DNA of 56,141 bases from an uncultured Phycisphaeraceae bacterium (GCA_964448185.1 CAYUVO010000004.1:1-56141); one strand, 5' to 3'. Positions 1 through 9,971 are shown, counted from the first letter of the stretch. Notes: generated by a model from the letters alone, not told the origin. A program made the numbers and translations.

Positions 1-273
1 CCTGGACCGAGCACTTGGAACCCGTGTACGACCGAGTACTACTATTGAGTTGCGCAGTGTGAAGGAATGCACCACACGCCGTTCGGGAAATACTCTCGGG
101 CAATCGTGGTTGAACGAGATTGAAATCTTTGCAGGGCGCGTCCGAGAACGGGCGCGTCCTGTTGTTATTGCGGGGATCACCCGCCGCAGACGAATGCTTG
201 AACGGATCTCGTAGAAAAGTCGCACAGCAATCTGCCCGATGAACGGTTCTGAAACCTCATCAGGGAGAACAGC

Positions 274-1158
274 ATGACCGCGACAGTTGAACAACGTGAC
301 CGAGTCGTGGCATCGGCGATCCGTGAGATCAGCCATATCGCCACACTGCCCGAAGTCACCGTCAAAATCATCGAACTCGTCGAGAACCCGGAGAGCTCTG
401 CACAAGAGCTCCACGAGGTCATCAGCCAAGACCCCGCGCTGTGCAGCCGGATCCTTAAGGTCGTCAACAGCTCGTTCTATGGGCTCCCCGGACAGATCGG
501 CTCGATCAACCGCGCCATCGTCCTCCTCGGACTCAACGCGGTCAAAAACATCGCCATCGCGGCCTCGCTCGCCAAGCTCTATCGCGGCGGTGAGCTGTGC
601 CCAGGGTTCTCCGCACGCGATGTGTGGCAACACTCAGGCGCAGTTGCGATCGCGACCAAACTCATCACCGATACGCTCAAGATCGGCATGCCCGACGAGG
701 CGTTTCTTGCCGGTCTGATGCACGATATCGGCCTCATGGTCGAGCTCCAGTTCGATCGTGCCAAGCTCATCGACGTCATCCAGCAGGTCGGGCTCGACCG
801 CGACGGCACGCCGGGCAACAGCATGCTCGACCTCGAGCTGAACGTGTTCGGCGCCACGCATCAAGAGTTCGGCGCAGGCCTCTGCGAGAAGTGGAAGTTC
901 CCCGCATCGTTCGCGATGGTGTGCCGATTCCACCACGACCCGCTCAACGCGCCGCCAGAATCGCGGGTGCTGCCTTGCATCATCTACGTCGCCGATCGGC
1001 TCGTGGGCACCGGCGAGAACGGCTACCGAGCCGACCTGATGGGTCTCGAAATGGATCCCGAAGTGCTCAAGGCCATCGGGATGACCAGCGAACATCTCGC
1101 CTCGATCGATGCACGACTCGCAGACGAGCTCGCCGAAGGGGCCCAAATCCTCGGCTAG
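274..1158 (+). CDS. HDOD-domain signalling protein
   Basis: 294-aa ORF. N-terminal IATLPEVTVKIIELV..SSAQELHEVISQDPALCSRILKVVNSSFYG..AIVLLGLNAVKN is the HDOD signature, followed by HD-like LMHDIG. GGGAGA lies 7 nt upstream of the ATG. Confidence 0.85.
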   Translation: MTATVEQRDRVVASAIREISHIATLPEVTVKIIELVENPESSAQELHEVISQDPALCSRILKVVNSSFYGLPGQIGSINRAIVLLGLNAVKNIAIAASLAKLYRGGELCPGFSARDVWQHSGAVAIATKLITDTLKIGMPDEAFLAGLMHDIGLMVELQFDRAKLIDVIQQVGLDRDGTPGNSMLDLELNVFGATHQEFGAGLCEKWKFPASFAMVCRFHHDPLNAPPESRVLPCIIYVADRLVGTGENGYRADLMGLEMDPEVLKAIGMTSEHLASIDARLADELAEGAQILG

Positions 1159-1238
1159 TCCTCGGCGAACCGGAACTCTTCCGACCTTCACCACTCTCGT
1201 TCGATGTGAGTGGAACCCGTCTCTCTCTTTCTCCCTCC

Positions 1239-1275
1239 GGGCGGCAGCGTGGAAACACGCCGCCGCCTTTGTTGT
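1239..1275 (+). terminator. Rho-independent terminator candidate after the HDOD gene
   Basis: GGCGGCAGCGTG-gaaa-CACGCCGCCGCC (12-bp stem, 1 mismatch) followed by TTTGTTG. Confidence 0.5.
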
Positions 1276-1454
1276 GCGCACGCGGCGTGTCGATCTCCCC
1301 GTCACATCCAACGCAGAGCGCACACACGGACCGCCCCACTCGCCAAACAACCACCCCCACTGGCCTGCGCGCCATGTGATTGGCACATCAAAGCATCGGG
1401 CGACGAAACCAGTCTCGAAAGCTGGTTCGCGGCCCATGCAAGGAGCCGATTGAT

Positions 1455-1892
1455 ATGCCAACACTGATCGAACACACACTCGCCCCGCTGTCATCTCTCA
1501 TCCAACGCGAGAACCGTCACGGCGGGATCGCGGTCCTCCACGTCCAGGCCGGGGTGCCCGCTGAACGAAGGGCCTCGCTGCTCGTCGAAGCGCTCGAATC
1601 CATGCCCGACGATGGCGTCGGCAAAGTCCTGCTCGCGTTCTCCCCGGGCACCGAGCTGTGCTGCACCTCGCTGTGGGCGATGTCGCACCTCTCGGACCGC
1701 TGCACCGAAGCCGGCGGCTCGCTCGTAGTCAGCGGGCTCGGGGACTCCACGCTCGAGGCGGCGCGCCAGACCGGGCTGTGCAAACGATTCGCAGTGGTTG
1801 ATGACGTCGAAGAAGGCGTCGCTCGGCTGCTCTCGAAGGCCAACTCCACCGGCAGGCCCGGACTGCGCCGCCTGTTCGGACGAGCCGCCTAA
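1455..1892 (+). CDS. STAS-domain protein (anti-sigma-factor-antagonist-like)
   Basis: ATG at 1455 is preceded by AGGAG (1441-1445). The layout LHVQAG...VLLAFSPGTELCCTSLWAMSHL...GGSLVVSGLGDSTLEAARQTGLCKRF resembles SpoIIAA/STAS folds. The call rests on pattern only. Confidence 0.5.
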   Translation: MPTLIEHTLAPLSSLIQRENRHGGIAVLHVQAGVPAERRASLLVEALESMPDDGVGKVLLAFSPGTELCCTSLWAMSHLSDRCTEAGGSLVVSGLGDSTLEAARQTGLCKRFAVVDDVEEGVARLLSKANSTGRPGLRRLFGRAA

Positions 1893-1932
1893 GCACTCGC
1901 CCGAGAGTTCTCTTTGGTGTTTGATACTCAAT

Positions 1933-1974
1933 GAACCAACGAGCCCCTCGCGCGTGCGAGGTGGTTCTTTTTTT
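1933..1974 (+). terminator. Rho-independent terminator
   Basis: GAACCA..CTCGC-gcgt-GCGAG..TGGTTC nested stem followed by T7 (1968-1974). It sits between the convergent STAS and rho genes. Confidence 0.7.
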
Positions 1975-2007
1975 GCGGAGCAGGATGCTCACCAGACAGA
2001 GCCGAAC

Positions 2008-3315
2008 CTAGCCGCCGCCCCCTGCTGCGGAACCGACGAGCTGCGCGTTGGTCGGGAACCGTTGGAGGGCTGCGAGCAACTGCTCGATCTGCACATGTGG
2101 CGGCATGTTGAGCAGTCGCCGCCGAAGCGCGGTGATCGTCGCGAGTTCTTGCTCGCCCATGAGCAGGTGTTCTTTGCGGGTGCCGCTGGCGGCGAGGTGC
2201 ATCGCCGGGAACAGCCGCCGCTCTGAGACCTTGCGATCGAGCACGAGTTCCATGTTCCCGGTGCCCTTGAACTCCTCGAAGATCACCTGATCGCCCTGGC
2301 TTCCGGTATCGACCAGGCACGTTGCAAGGATCGTCAGGCTCCCGCCGTGCTCCGCGTTGCGAGCTGCACCGAACAATTGCTTGGGCACCTCGAGCGCCTT
2401 CGAGTCGATCCCGCCCGAGAGCGTCCGGCCGCTGTTCGAGTGGCGATTGGATCGGTTGAACGCGCGACCGAGCCGCGTGAGTGAATCGAGCACCACAACC
2501 ACATGCTTGCCCGCTTCGACCATCCGCTTGCATCGGTCGATGGCCATCTCGCTGACCGCGACGTGCCGAGCAGTATCGTGGTCATTGCTCGAAGCGATGA
2601 TCCACACCCGCTCGGCCCAAGGCGTCAGCTCGCGGTCCTTGAGATCCGTGTTGAGCGGCTCGGGCCCCTCGGAGGATTCGCCCCGTGGCAGAGCCTTGCC
2701 GTAGAACGTGCGCTTGAAGTCGGTGACTTCTTCGGGCCGTTCATCGACAAGGAGCATCACCACAAAGATGTCTTCGTAGTTGGTGAGAATTGAGGTCGCG
2801 ATGTCTTTGAGCAGCGTGGTCTTGCCTGCTTTGGGCGGGCTGACGATCAGGCCGCGCTGGCCGCGACCGATCGGGCAAAAGAGGTCGATCAATCGGCACG
2901 AGGGCGGACAGCCCGGATATTCGAGCGTGAGCCTGGGCTCGGGGTCGATGCTCACAAGTTCCTCGAACGGCGGGAGCACTCGAAACTCGTCGGGGGTCAA
3001 TCCTTCGATGCTGATAAATGATTCCACCGTGGGTCGCGCGTCGCGGTTGCCCGAACGCCTACGACGCCGGGGCTTCTTCATCGAAACCTCAACGGTGACC
3101 TCGAGGTTGTTGCGCAGCGGCAACTCCTCGCCCCAATGAGCGGGTACAAACGGATCGCCCTCGTGCTCCACCAAAGACATGCCGCCCAATCGGCGAACAC
3201 GTCCATCGGAGCGCTTGGGCCACTCAAGAATGCCCGTCAGCGTCGCCATGTAGCGAAGTTCCCATCGTCGTCTGAATCGTGCGGTATCGAAACCCTGCAG
3301 CGTGCTCCATAGCAC
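2008..3315 (-). CDS. rho: Transcription termination factor Rho
   Basis: Walker A GQRGLIVSPPKAGKT, LLVDERPEEV, VVVLDSLTRLGRAFN and LVDTGSQGDQVIFEEFKGTGNMELVLDR are Rho-specific blocks. The start is ambiguous: ORF start 3315 or ATG 3249 (MATLTG). Confidence 0.9.
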   Translation of the reverse strand: MLWSTLQGFDTARFRRRWELRYMATLTGILEWPKRSDGRVRRLGGMSLVEHEGDPFVPAHWGEELPLRNNLEVTVEVSMKKPRRRRRSGNRDARPTVESFISIEGLTPDEFRVLPPFEELVSIDPEPRLTLEYPGCPPSCRLIDLFCPIGRGQRGLIVSPPKAGKTTLLKDIATSILTNYEDIFVVMLLVDERPEEVTDFKRTFYGKALPRGESSEGPEPLNTDLKDRELTPWAERVWIIASSNDHDTARHVAVSEMAIDRCKRMVEAGKHVVVVLDSLTRLGRAFNRSNRHSNSGRTLSGGIDSKALEVPKQLFGAARNAEHGGSLTILATCLVDTGSQGDQVIFEEFKGTGNMELVLDRKVSERRLFPAMHLAASGTRKEHLLMGEQELATITALRRRLLNMPPHVQIEQLLAALQRFPTNAQLVGSAAGGGG

Positions 3316-3408
3316 CCGCCCGAGCTCCGGCCCCCGCTTGACAAATGAACACCACTATCAGAGCCCCTCAGAGCCCCGGTGTCAACTCGAAGAACTCAAC
3401 AACCCGTT

Positions 3409-3438
3409 CTGACCCCAAACAACTCGGATTGCTATAAT
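3409..3438 (+). promoter_or_regulatory. Candidate sigma70-type promoter for ptsI
   Basis: Perfect TATAAT at 3433-3438 with TG two bases upstream. A weak -35-like CTGACC sits 18 nt upstream. The site is about 90 nt before the ptsI ATG. Confidence 0.3.
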
Positions 3439-3524
3439 GGTGCCAGCTTCGTTTCCGAAGTGCCACAGGGTTTCCCCCGCCCCTCCCGATCTCTCCTCCC
3501 TCTCCCTTCTAGCTCTCCTCCACC

Positions 3525-5291
3525 ATGATCACACTCGTCGGCATCCCGGTCTCTCCAGGCATCGCCGTCGGCCGCGTCGTGCTCATGGACGATCATCGCA
3601 GGCGTGCCAGACGCCGAGCGATCGGGAGCGAGCAGGTCACTTCCGAGATCAAAAAGCTCGAAGAAGCGCTCAACGCTTCGCTCGAAGATCTTCAGCGGGT
3701 CCACGCAGAAGCGACCAAAGAGATGGGCAAAGAGACCGCCAAGGTCTTTTTGTTCCACATCGGGATGCTCAACGACCGGTCGCTGATCGACCCCATCGAG
3801 AGCATGATCAGCGATCAGCTTGTCAACGTCGAGTTCGCGGTCCAGTCCGTGCTCGACGATCTAGCTGCGGTCTTTGGAGCCAAATCAGACACCGCCTTCT
3901 CGACCAAAACCGACGACATCCACGATCTCGCCGATCGGCTCCAAGCCCAGCTTAGAGGGGAAGAGGGCTCGCCCATCGAGCACCTCACCGGGCCCACCAT
4001 CATCGTCGCTCAAGACCTCACGCCGAGCCAGACCGCCGGGTTTGACCGCGACAAAGTCATCGGATTCGTCACCGAACTGGGAGGCCGAACGAGCCATACC
4101 GCGATCGTGGCCAATGCTTTAGGACTGCCCGCGGTGGTGGGCGTGCCCAACGCCATCGAGCGGGTGATGCACGATCAGCTCGTGGTCCTCGATGGCGACC
4201 GGGGCCGGATGATCCTCGACCCCGATGCTGAAATCCTCGAAAAATACCACGGCCTCGTCGAACAACGCCGGGTCCACCAGCTCTCCGAAGAAGAACTCGC
4301 TCAAGAACCCTCGGTGACCCGCAACGGCGTCGCCATCGGGCTCGTGGGCAACATCGAGTTTCCAGACGAAATCAAACGCCTCAAACGACTCGGGGGCGAA
4401 GGCGTCGGCCTCTACCGAACCGAGTTCCTCTACCTTACCTCCAACACCGAACCCACCGAAGAAGACCACTACAACGCCTACGCCGAGTGTGTGCGAAGGC
4501 TCGATGGCCAGCCCCTGACGCTGCGAACCGTTGACCTCGGAGCGGACAAATACACCCAGTCGCTCGCCATGATTCCCGAACGAAACCCGTTTCTTGGCCA
4601 GCGTTCGATCCGGTATTGCCTGGCGAATCCAGCGATGTTCAAGCGACAACTCCGGGCGGTGCTCCGGGCGAGTGTGCTCGGCCCCATGCGGGTGATGTTC
4701 CCGCTGGTAACGACCCTCGCCGAGCTCAAGCATGCCAAGATGCTCTTGCGGGACGTGATGGAGGATCTCGACGAAGAAGGGGTGGCCTATGACCGCTCGA
4801 TCCCCGTGGGGATGATGGTTGAAGTGCCCTCAGCGGCTCTGATGGCCGAATCGTTCGCCCGCGAGGTGGATTTCTTCTCGATCGGGACCAACGACCTCGT
4901 GCAGTACACGCTGGCGGTCGATAGAACCAACGAGCGGGTGGCTTCGTTGTATCAGCCTTGCCACCCTGCGGTGCTCAAGCTGATCCGTCAGGTGATCCGA
5001 GCGGGGCGAAATGCTCAGATCTCGGTCTCCTGTTGCGGCGAATCGGCCGGGGAGGTCGAATATGCTCTGTTGTTGATCGGGCTCGGAGTGCGTACCCTGT
5101 CAGTCACGAGCGGCTCGATCCCCCGGATCAAACGACTCGTCCGCTCGGTGAGTATCGAGCAGTGCGAACGTGTAGCGCAAAAAGTGCTCACTTTCGATTC
5201 CGATGCCGAGGTCGCAGCCTTTCTCCGCGACAGAGCTCGAAAGATTGTGCCCGAGGCGTATGAGGGACGTGCCCTTGAAGCCGGAGGCTAA
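3525..5291 (+). CDS. ptsI: Phosphoenolpyruvate-protein phosphotransferase (PTS enzyme I)
   Basis: 588 aa. Phospho-His motif GGRTSHTAIVANALGLPAVVG. PEP-utilising barrel motifs GLYRTEFLY and FFSIGTNDLVQYTLAVDR. No N-terminal GAF domain, so ptsI rather than ptsP. Confidence 0.9.
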   Translation: MITLVGIPVSPGIAVGRVVLMDDHRRRARRRAIGSEQVTSEIKKLEEALNASLEDLQRVHAEATKEMGKETAKVFLFHIGMLNDRSLIDPIESMISDQLVNVEFAVQSVLDDLAAVFGAKSDTAFSTKTDDIHDLADRLQAQLRGEEGSPIEHLTGPTIIVAQDLTPSQTAGFDRDKVIGFVTELGGRTSHTAIVANALGLPAVVGVPNAIERVMHDQLVVLDGDRGRMILDPDAEILEKYHGLVEQRRVHQLSEEELAQEPSVTRNGVAIGLVGNIEFPDEIKRLKRLGGEGVGLYRTEFLYLTSNTEPTEEDHYNAYAECVRRLDGQPLTLRTVDLGADKYTQSLAMIPERNPFLGQRSIRYCLANPAMFKRQLRAVLRASVLGPMRVMFPLVTTLAELKHAKMLLRDVMEDLDEEGVAYDRSIPVGMMVEVPSAALMAESFAREVDFFSIGTNDLVQYTLAVDRTNERVASLYQPCHPAVLKLIRQVIRAGRNAQISVSCCGESAGEVEYALLLIGLGVRTLSVTSGSIPRIKRLVRSVSIEQCERVAQKVLTFDSDAEVAAFLRDRARKIVPEAYEGRALEAGG

Positions 5292-5660
5292 CCAACGCAA
5301 CGGCAGGCACTTTCGCCTCCGCTGACGACGACTCATCAGGATCTGCCCAGCGCCCTCCCCCGCCCCCTGCTCCCGAGATGGCTGACCTTTATGGTCAACC
5401 ACCAACGGAACACCCGGCGACCGGCGAGCCAGATCCTTGCCCTTGGTGCAGCCGATTCGATCAATCTCGATCGAGGCACGCTGCGACCCGACGAGCCCCG
5501 CCCGATCGCAAAGCGGTCATCGGCGCAGGCGCGGTCCGGGGAGATGCTGGGGCACGCGGTGTTTCTTTGGTGCGGGATTTCCGCATCGAGGCGCAGCGCA
5601 TGAGCACCGTCTGAACGCACCCGCGAAGACCCTGCCGCCAGCTCTACAAAAGGAGCGGGC

Positions 5661-8600
5661 ATGAGCTTCCAGCCAGACCCCTCAGACCACACCGACAACC
5701 ACACCGACAACCACACCGACAACCAGACCGACAACCACGACGACATTATCAACGAGTCCGACGACCAAGCCAGAGGTTCATCCGCTGGTTCGGGCGAGGA
5801 TGCGATCGAACACGCCGAGCAGGTTGCAGAACGGGCCGCCGAGGATGATTCATCCCAGCCCGACGCCGACGATGTGTACGTCGCAGACGAACCCGACCGC
5901 GACGCACTGAGCATCTCCGACGACGCAGACGAACCCGAGTCGTTGCTCGCGGAGGTGGGTTTGCTCGACGCAGATGATGTAGAACCTGAGCCCGAATCCG
6001 AGTTGGCCGAGAAGCCCAAAACCAAGAAGAAGGCGACTCGCAAGAAGGCTGCCAAGAAGACAACGAAGAAGACGGCCAAGAAAGCGGCGAGCAAGAAGCG
6101 TTCGTCGCGAAAGAAAAAAACCGACGACGAGACTGACGACCAAGCCGACAAGAATGCCGAGGGCGTACCAGCAGTCGTCGACGAGGCCGAGCTCGTTGAA
6201 ACAGGAGCTGATGAGCCCGAGTTCGTTGAGCCCGAAGCTGAAGAGTCGCAAGTGGCGCAGTCAGATCGGCGCGAACCCCAAAGGCCCGAGGCGGCATCAA
6301 GGACCAAAAAAACACATCCCACACGGATGGTCATCAACTACGCCCCGAGCGAGGAGTGCCGGATCGCGCTCGTCGAGAACAACCAGCTCGAGGAGTACCA
6401 CTCCGAGCGGATGGACGCGATCAGCCGGGTAAACAACATCTATGTAGGCCGGGTGGCCAACATCGAGAGCGGGATTCAGGCGGCGTTCGTTGATTTCGGC
6501 ATCGGCGAGTCTGGGTTCCTCCATGTCACCGACCTGCACCCGCGTTATTTCCCGGGCGCTGAGCAGGACGACTCCGAGCGGGTGGGTCGCAAGACGCCCC
6601 GGCGCGAGCGGCCCCCGATTCAGCAAGCGCTCAAGCGTGGCCAGGAAATCATCGTCCAGGTGCTCAAGGAAGGCGTGGGGACCAAGGGTCCGACGCTGAC
6701 GAGTTATCTCTCGATTCCGGGTCGGTATTTGGTGATGATGCCGCAGATGGATCAGGTCGGCGTGAGCCGAAAGGTCGAGGACGAGCAGGTCCGCCGCGAC
6801 ATGCGCAAGACGCTCGACGGGCTCGATCTGCCCTCGAACTTCGGGTTCATCCTTCGCACCGCAGGAATCGGCAAGACCAAGGCCGAACTCAAGCGTGACC
6901 TCGCATACCTTCAACGGCTCTGGAAAGACCTCGACAAACGCCGACGCACCGGACGCGCCCCAAGACTCCTGTATTCAGAGTCCGATCTGTTGCTCCGGGC
7001 GCTGCGTGATTTCCTAACGCCCGAGATCGACGAGATCGTGCTTGATAACGAGCACGCGCTGCGTCGCGCCAGCCAGTTCCTCAAGATCGCAGCCCCGCGG
7101 TCATCGGTCAGGCTCCGCAGGTATACAGGTCCGGCCCCGGTGTTCGAGGCGTTCGGGATCGAAGAACAACTCGAGCTGATGCAATCGCGAGAAGTCCCGC
7201 TGCCCAGCGGCGGACGGCTCGTGATCGACCAGACCGAAGCGGTCGTGGCAATCGACGTCAACAGCGGCAAGATGCGCAGCGCCAAAGACAGCGAGACCAA
7301 CGCGCTGCGGACCAACCTTGAAGCCGTCGACGAGATCTGCCGCCAGCTTCGGCTCCGTGACATGGGCGGGATCGTTATCAACGACCTGATCGATATGCGG
7401 GCGTCTAAGAATCGCAAGATGATCGAGAACCGCTTCAAAGACAGGCTCAAACGCGATCGAGCGCGTTCGAGCGTGGCGAGCATCAGCCCGTTCGGCATCC
7501 TCGAGATGACCCGCCAACGGATGCGCGGCAGCTTGCTCTCACAGATCTTTACCGATTGCCCGACGTGTCACGGCAGAGGTGCGGTCAAACGGCCCTCATC
7601 GGTCGCGTCCGAATCTATCCGCACACTCGCGTCGCTGCTCAGCCGCGACAAGGTGCATCGGGTCGAGTTGGTGGTCGGTGCCCGCGTCGCGGGCGAGCTG
7701 CTCAGCAAGAAACGCCGAGCGCTCGCAAGGCTCGAACAGGTTACGGGCAAGCAAGTGCTCGTGCGTGTGATGGACATGAGCGAGCCCGATCGCACCGTGC
7801 TCTATGCGTACGGCGCCAACGGACTGGACATTGATATTGCGAGATTGCCCAAGCCGCCCAAGCCCGAGCAATGGCTCGAAGTGTGGACCGATCCCAACGC
7901 CGCGGCGTCCGACGCGGACTGGGTCGATTCGATCGACGAGTCCGAGGAAGTTGAGATCGTCGAGGAGGTCGTTGATCCGCTCGCAGAACAGGACGAAGCG
8001 GCTCGGAACGCTGCTGCTGATGAGCAGCCGACCGGCGGCAAGAAGAAGCGTCGTCGTCGTCGCGGGCGCGGTGGTAGCAGCGGGGACGAATCTGGTAACG
8101 AAGCTAGCGGCGAAGCACAGACAGAACGCCGCGAGAATCAGCCCGAGCCGAGCGCTACCGAGCAAGATCAGTCGAACAATGAGTCGGGCGCGTCTTCGGA
8201 CGAGTCAACATCCAGTGGCGATCAGCCTAAGAAGAAGCGTCGTCGGCGCAGGCGTGGCAGAGGCGGCGGTGGAGAAGGCAACTCAGAAGGCGGCCCCTCT
8301 GAAGACCGAACAGAAACACAAGCAGACGGCGGCGAGAGCCGCGATGCTGCCCACGTTGCCGACACCGGTTCGGGTGAACCTTCGGGCGAAGCAGAACCCA
8401 ATAGCGAGGGCTCGGGCGAAGGCGGTCAGCCCAAGAAGAAGCGTCGTCGTCGTCGCAGAGGCAGAGGCGGCGGAGGCGAAAACAACAGCGATGGCGGCGC
8501 GTCGGGCGAGTCCGGTTCGGGCTCCGGTTCAGGTTCGGGTGGCGGGGGTTCTTCGACTCCTGCGAAGAGCGAATCGTCCGCTCCCGAAGGCCAGAGCCAG

Positions 8601-8696
8601 GCCGAGGTCAAGCCCAAGCGTCGCACATTGTACGGCTCATCGCGCCGAAAGCTGACCACCGCCGAGATGGCCAAAGTCGCCAAACGCAAGGACTAA
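5661..8696 (+). CDS. rne: Ribonuclease E/G family endoribonuclease with long acidic N-terminal and Arg/Gly-rich C-terminal extensions
   Basis: S1 domain NNIYVGRVANIESGIQAAFVDFG, catalytic core VAIDVNSGK, Zn-link CPTCHGRG. AAGGAG RBS at 5650-5655. A 369-nt leader precedes the gene. Confidence 0.85.
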   Translation: MSFQPDPSDHTDNHTDNHTDNQTDNHDDIINESDDQARGSSAGSGEDAIEHAEQVAERAAEDDSSQPDADDVYVADEPDRDALSISDDADEPESLLAEVGLLDADDVEPEPESELAEKPKTKKKATRKKAAKKTTKKTAKKAASKKRSSRKKKTDDETDDQADKNAEGVPAVVDEAELVETGADEPEFVEPEAEESQVAQSDRREPQRPEAASRTKKTHPTRMVINYAPSEECRIALVENNQLEEYHSERMDAISRVNNIYVGRVANIESGIQAAFVDFGIGESGFLHVTDLHPRYFPGAEQDDSERVGRKTPRRERPPIQQALKRGQEIIVQVLKEGVGTKGPTLTSYLSIPGRYLVMMPQMDQVGVSRKVEDEQVRRDMRKTLDGLDLPSNFGFILRTAGIGKTKAELKRDLAYLQRLWKDLDKRRRTGRAPRLLYSESDLLLRALRDFLTPEIDEIVLDNEHALRRASQFLKIAAPRSSVRLRRYTGPAPVFEAFGIEEQLELMQSREVPLPSGGRLVIDQTEAVVAIDVNSGKMRSAKDSETNALRTNLEAVDEICRQLRLRDMGGIVINDLIDMRASKNRKMIENRFKDRLKRDRARSSVASISPFGILEMTRQRMRGSLLSQIFTDCPTCHGRGAVKRPSSVASESIRTLASLLSRDKVHRVELVVGARVAGELLSKKRRALARLEQVTGKQVLVRVMDMSEPDRTVLYAYGANGLDIDIARLPKPPKPEQWLEVWTDPNAAASDADWVDSIDESEEVEIVEEVVDPLAEQDEAARNAAADEQPTGGKKKRRRRRGRGGSSGDESGNEASGEAQTERRENQPEPSATEQDQSNNESGASSDESTSSGDQPKKKRRRRRRGRGGGGEGNSEGGPSEDRTETQADGGESRDAAHVADTGSGEPSGEAEPNSEGSGEGGQPKKKRRRRRRGRGGGGENNSDGGASGESGSGSGSGSGGGGSSTPAKSESSAPEGQSQAEVKPKRRTLYGSSRRKLTTAEMAKVAKRKD
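5688..5735 (+). repeat. In-frame 12-nt tandem repeat x4 (CACACCGACAAC; encodes HTDN)
   Basis: Three perfect units (5688, 5700, 5712) plus one unit with one substitution (5724), read directly in the sequence. Confidence 0.9.
8040..8490 (+). repeat. Three dispersed copies of an AAGAAGAAGCGTCGTCG..GGCGG module (KKKRRRRR(R)GRGG) in the rne 3' region
   Basis: Copies start at 8040, 8229 and 8433. Copies 2 and 3 extend to GQPKKKRRRRRRGRGGGGE-N. Confidence 0.7.
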
Positions 8697-8699
8697 ACG

Positions 8700-9887
8700 G
8701 TGGCCGACGCCAAGCGGCTGATCATCCTCGGTTCGACCGGCTCCATCGGGCGTCAAACGCTCGAAGTCGTCGAACATCTCAACGCCCATAGTGAAATGCG
8801 CTTCGACGTCGTCGGTCTCGCAGCCGGCACATCATCAGCTGCGTTGTGCGCGCAGGCCGAACGGTTTGGTGTTCGCGAGCTCGCCCTCGCAGACGAGCAG
8901 ATGCCGTGCGCACAGCCAGCGCGCCGTGGAAGCGATGCCGCCGAGCGGTTGGTGCGAGAGGTCGATGCGGACCTGGTCGTCGCAGCAGTGGTCGGGATCG
9001 CGGGGCTCGGCGCCACGCTCGCAACGATTAATCGCGGCATTCCCGTGGCACTCGCCAACAAAGAAACGCTGGTGGCTGCGGGTTCGCTCGTGATTCCCGC
9101 TGCGCGCGCACGAGGCGTTGCCATATTGCCGATCGACAGCGAGCACTCGGGAGTGTGGCAGTGCTTGGGCGGCCTGCTCGACGCGCCTCCGCCGGTGAAA
9201 CTTTCGCAGCAGGTTTGTCGTGTGGTGCTGACCGCTTCGGGCGGGCCGTTGCGAGATGCGACGCGCGAACAGGTCGCAAAGGCAACTCCCGAGCAAGTGC
9301 TCGCGCACCCGAACTGGTCGATGGGTGACAAGGTCACGGTGGACAGCGCGTCGCTCATGAACAAGGCGCTCGAACTGATCGAGGCGCACTGGCTCTTTGG
9401 GATCGGGCCCGATCGGCTCGGTGCGGTCATTCATCCGCAGTCGATCGTTCACGCGATGATCGAACTCGCTGACGGCTCGGTCATCGCACAACTCGGCGAC
9501 CCCGACATGCGCACGCCGATTCAGGTCGCGCTGACGCATCCGCATCGCGTGCCCGGTCCGGCTCGGCGATTGAGCCTGCTCGACGCGATGGAGTTGAGCT
9601 TTGAGCCACCCGATCTTGATCGGTTCCCGGCACTGCGTCTGGCTGATCGTGTTATGCGCACAGGCGGCACGTCGGGTGCCATCCTCAACGCGGCCAACGA
9701 ACGAGCGGTGGCGCTGTTCCTCGACCACAAAATCGCGTTCGGGCGCATCCCCGAACTCGTCGAGGCAGCACTCGATGCACTGGGATCATCGCCGGTCGAG
9801 ACGCTTGACGATGTCATGGCCGCCGATCGCCTCGCAAGGGCGTGGGTGGACGACGCTTGCGAGCTTGATTCGTCGGCTCGGGAATAG
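8700..9887 (+). CDS. dxr: 1-deoxy-D-xylulose 5-phosphate reductoisomerase
   Basis: GTG start 3 nt after the rne stop. Motifs ILGSTGSIGRQTL, LANKETLV, PIDSEHS, MNKALELIEAHWLF. Confidence 0.9.
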   Translation: MADAKRLIILGSTGSIGRQTLEVVEHLNAHSEMRFDVVGLAAGTSSAALCAQAERFGVRELALADEQMPCAQPARRGSDAAERLVREVDADLVVAAVVGIAGLGATLATINRGIPVALANKETLVAAGSLVIPAARARGVAILPIDSEHSGVWQCLGGLLDAPPPVKLSQQVCRVVLTASGGPLRDATREQVAKATPEQVLAHPNWSMGDKVTVDSASLMNKALELIEAHWLFGIGPDRLGAVIHPQSIVHAMIELADGSVIAQLGDPDMRTPIQVALTHPHRVPGPARRLSLLDAMELSFEPPDLDRFPALRLADRVMRTGGTSGAILNAANERAVALFLDHKIAFGRIPELVEAALDALGSSPVETLDDVMAADRLARAWVDDACELDSSARE

Positions 9888-9915
9888 CTGGTCAATCAAT
9901 TGTGCGCATGAAAGA

Positions 9916-9942
9916 GGCCGCCCTCCTGCGTGGAGAGCGGCC
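9916..9942. terminator. Hairpin between convergent dxr and protease genes (possible bidirectional terminator)
   Basis: GGCCGCCCTCC-tgcgt-GGAGAGCGGCC. The minus-strand reading is followed by CTCTTTCAT. No clean U-tract on the plus strand. Confidence 0.4.
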
Positions 9943-9971
9943 CCGAATGTGTTCACATCAGTGCGAGCAGC

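Noticed and set aside
5336-6337. 333-aa minus-strand ORF opposite the rne 5' region
   Set aside because: Its Ser/Ala-rich low-complexity translation mirrors the acidic repeat region of rne. It is a typical high-GC shadow ORF with no motif and no RBS.
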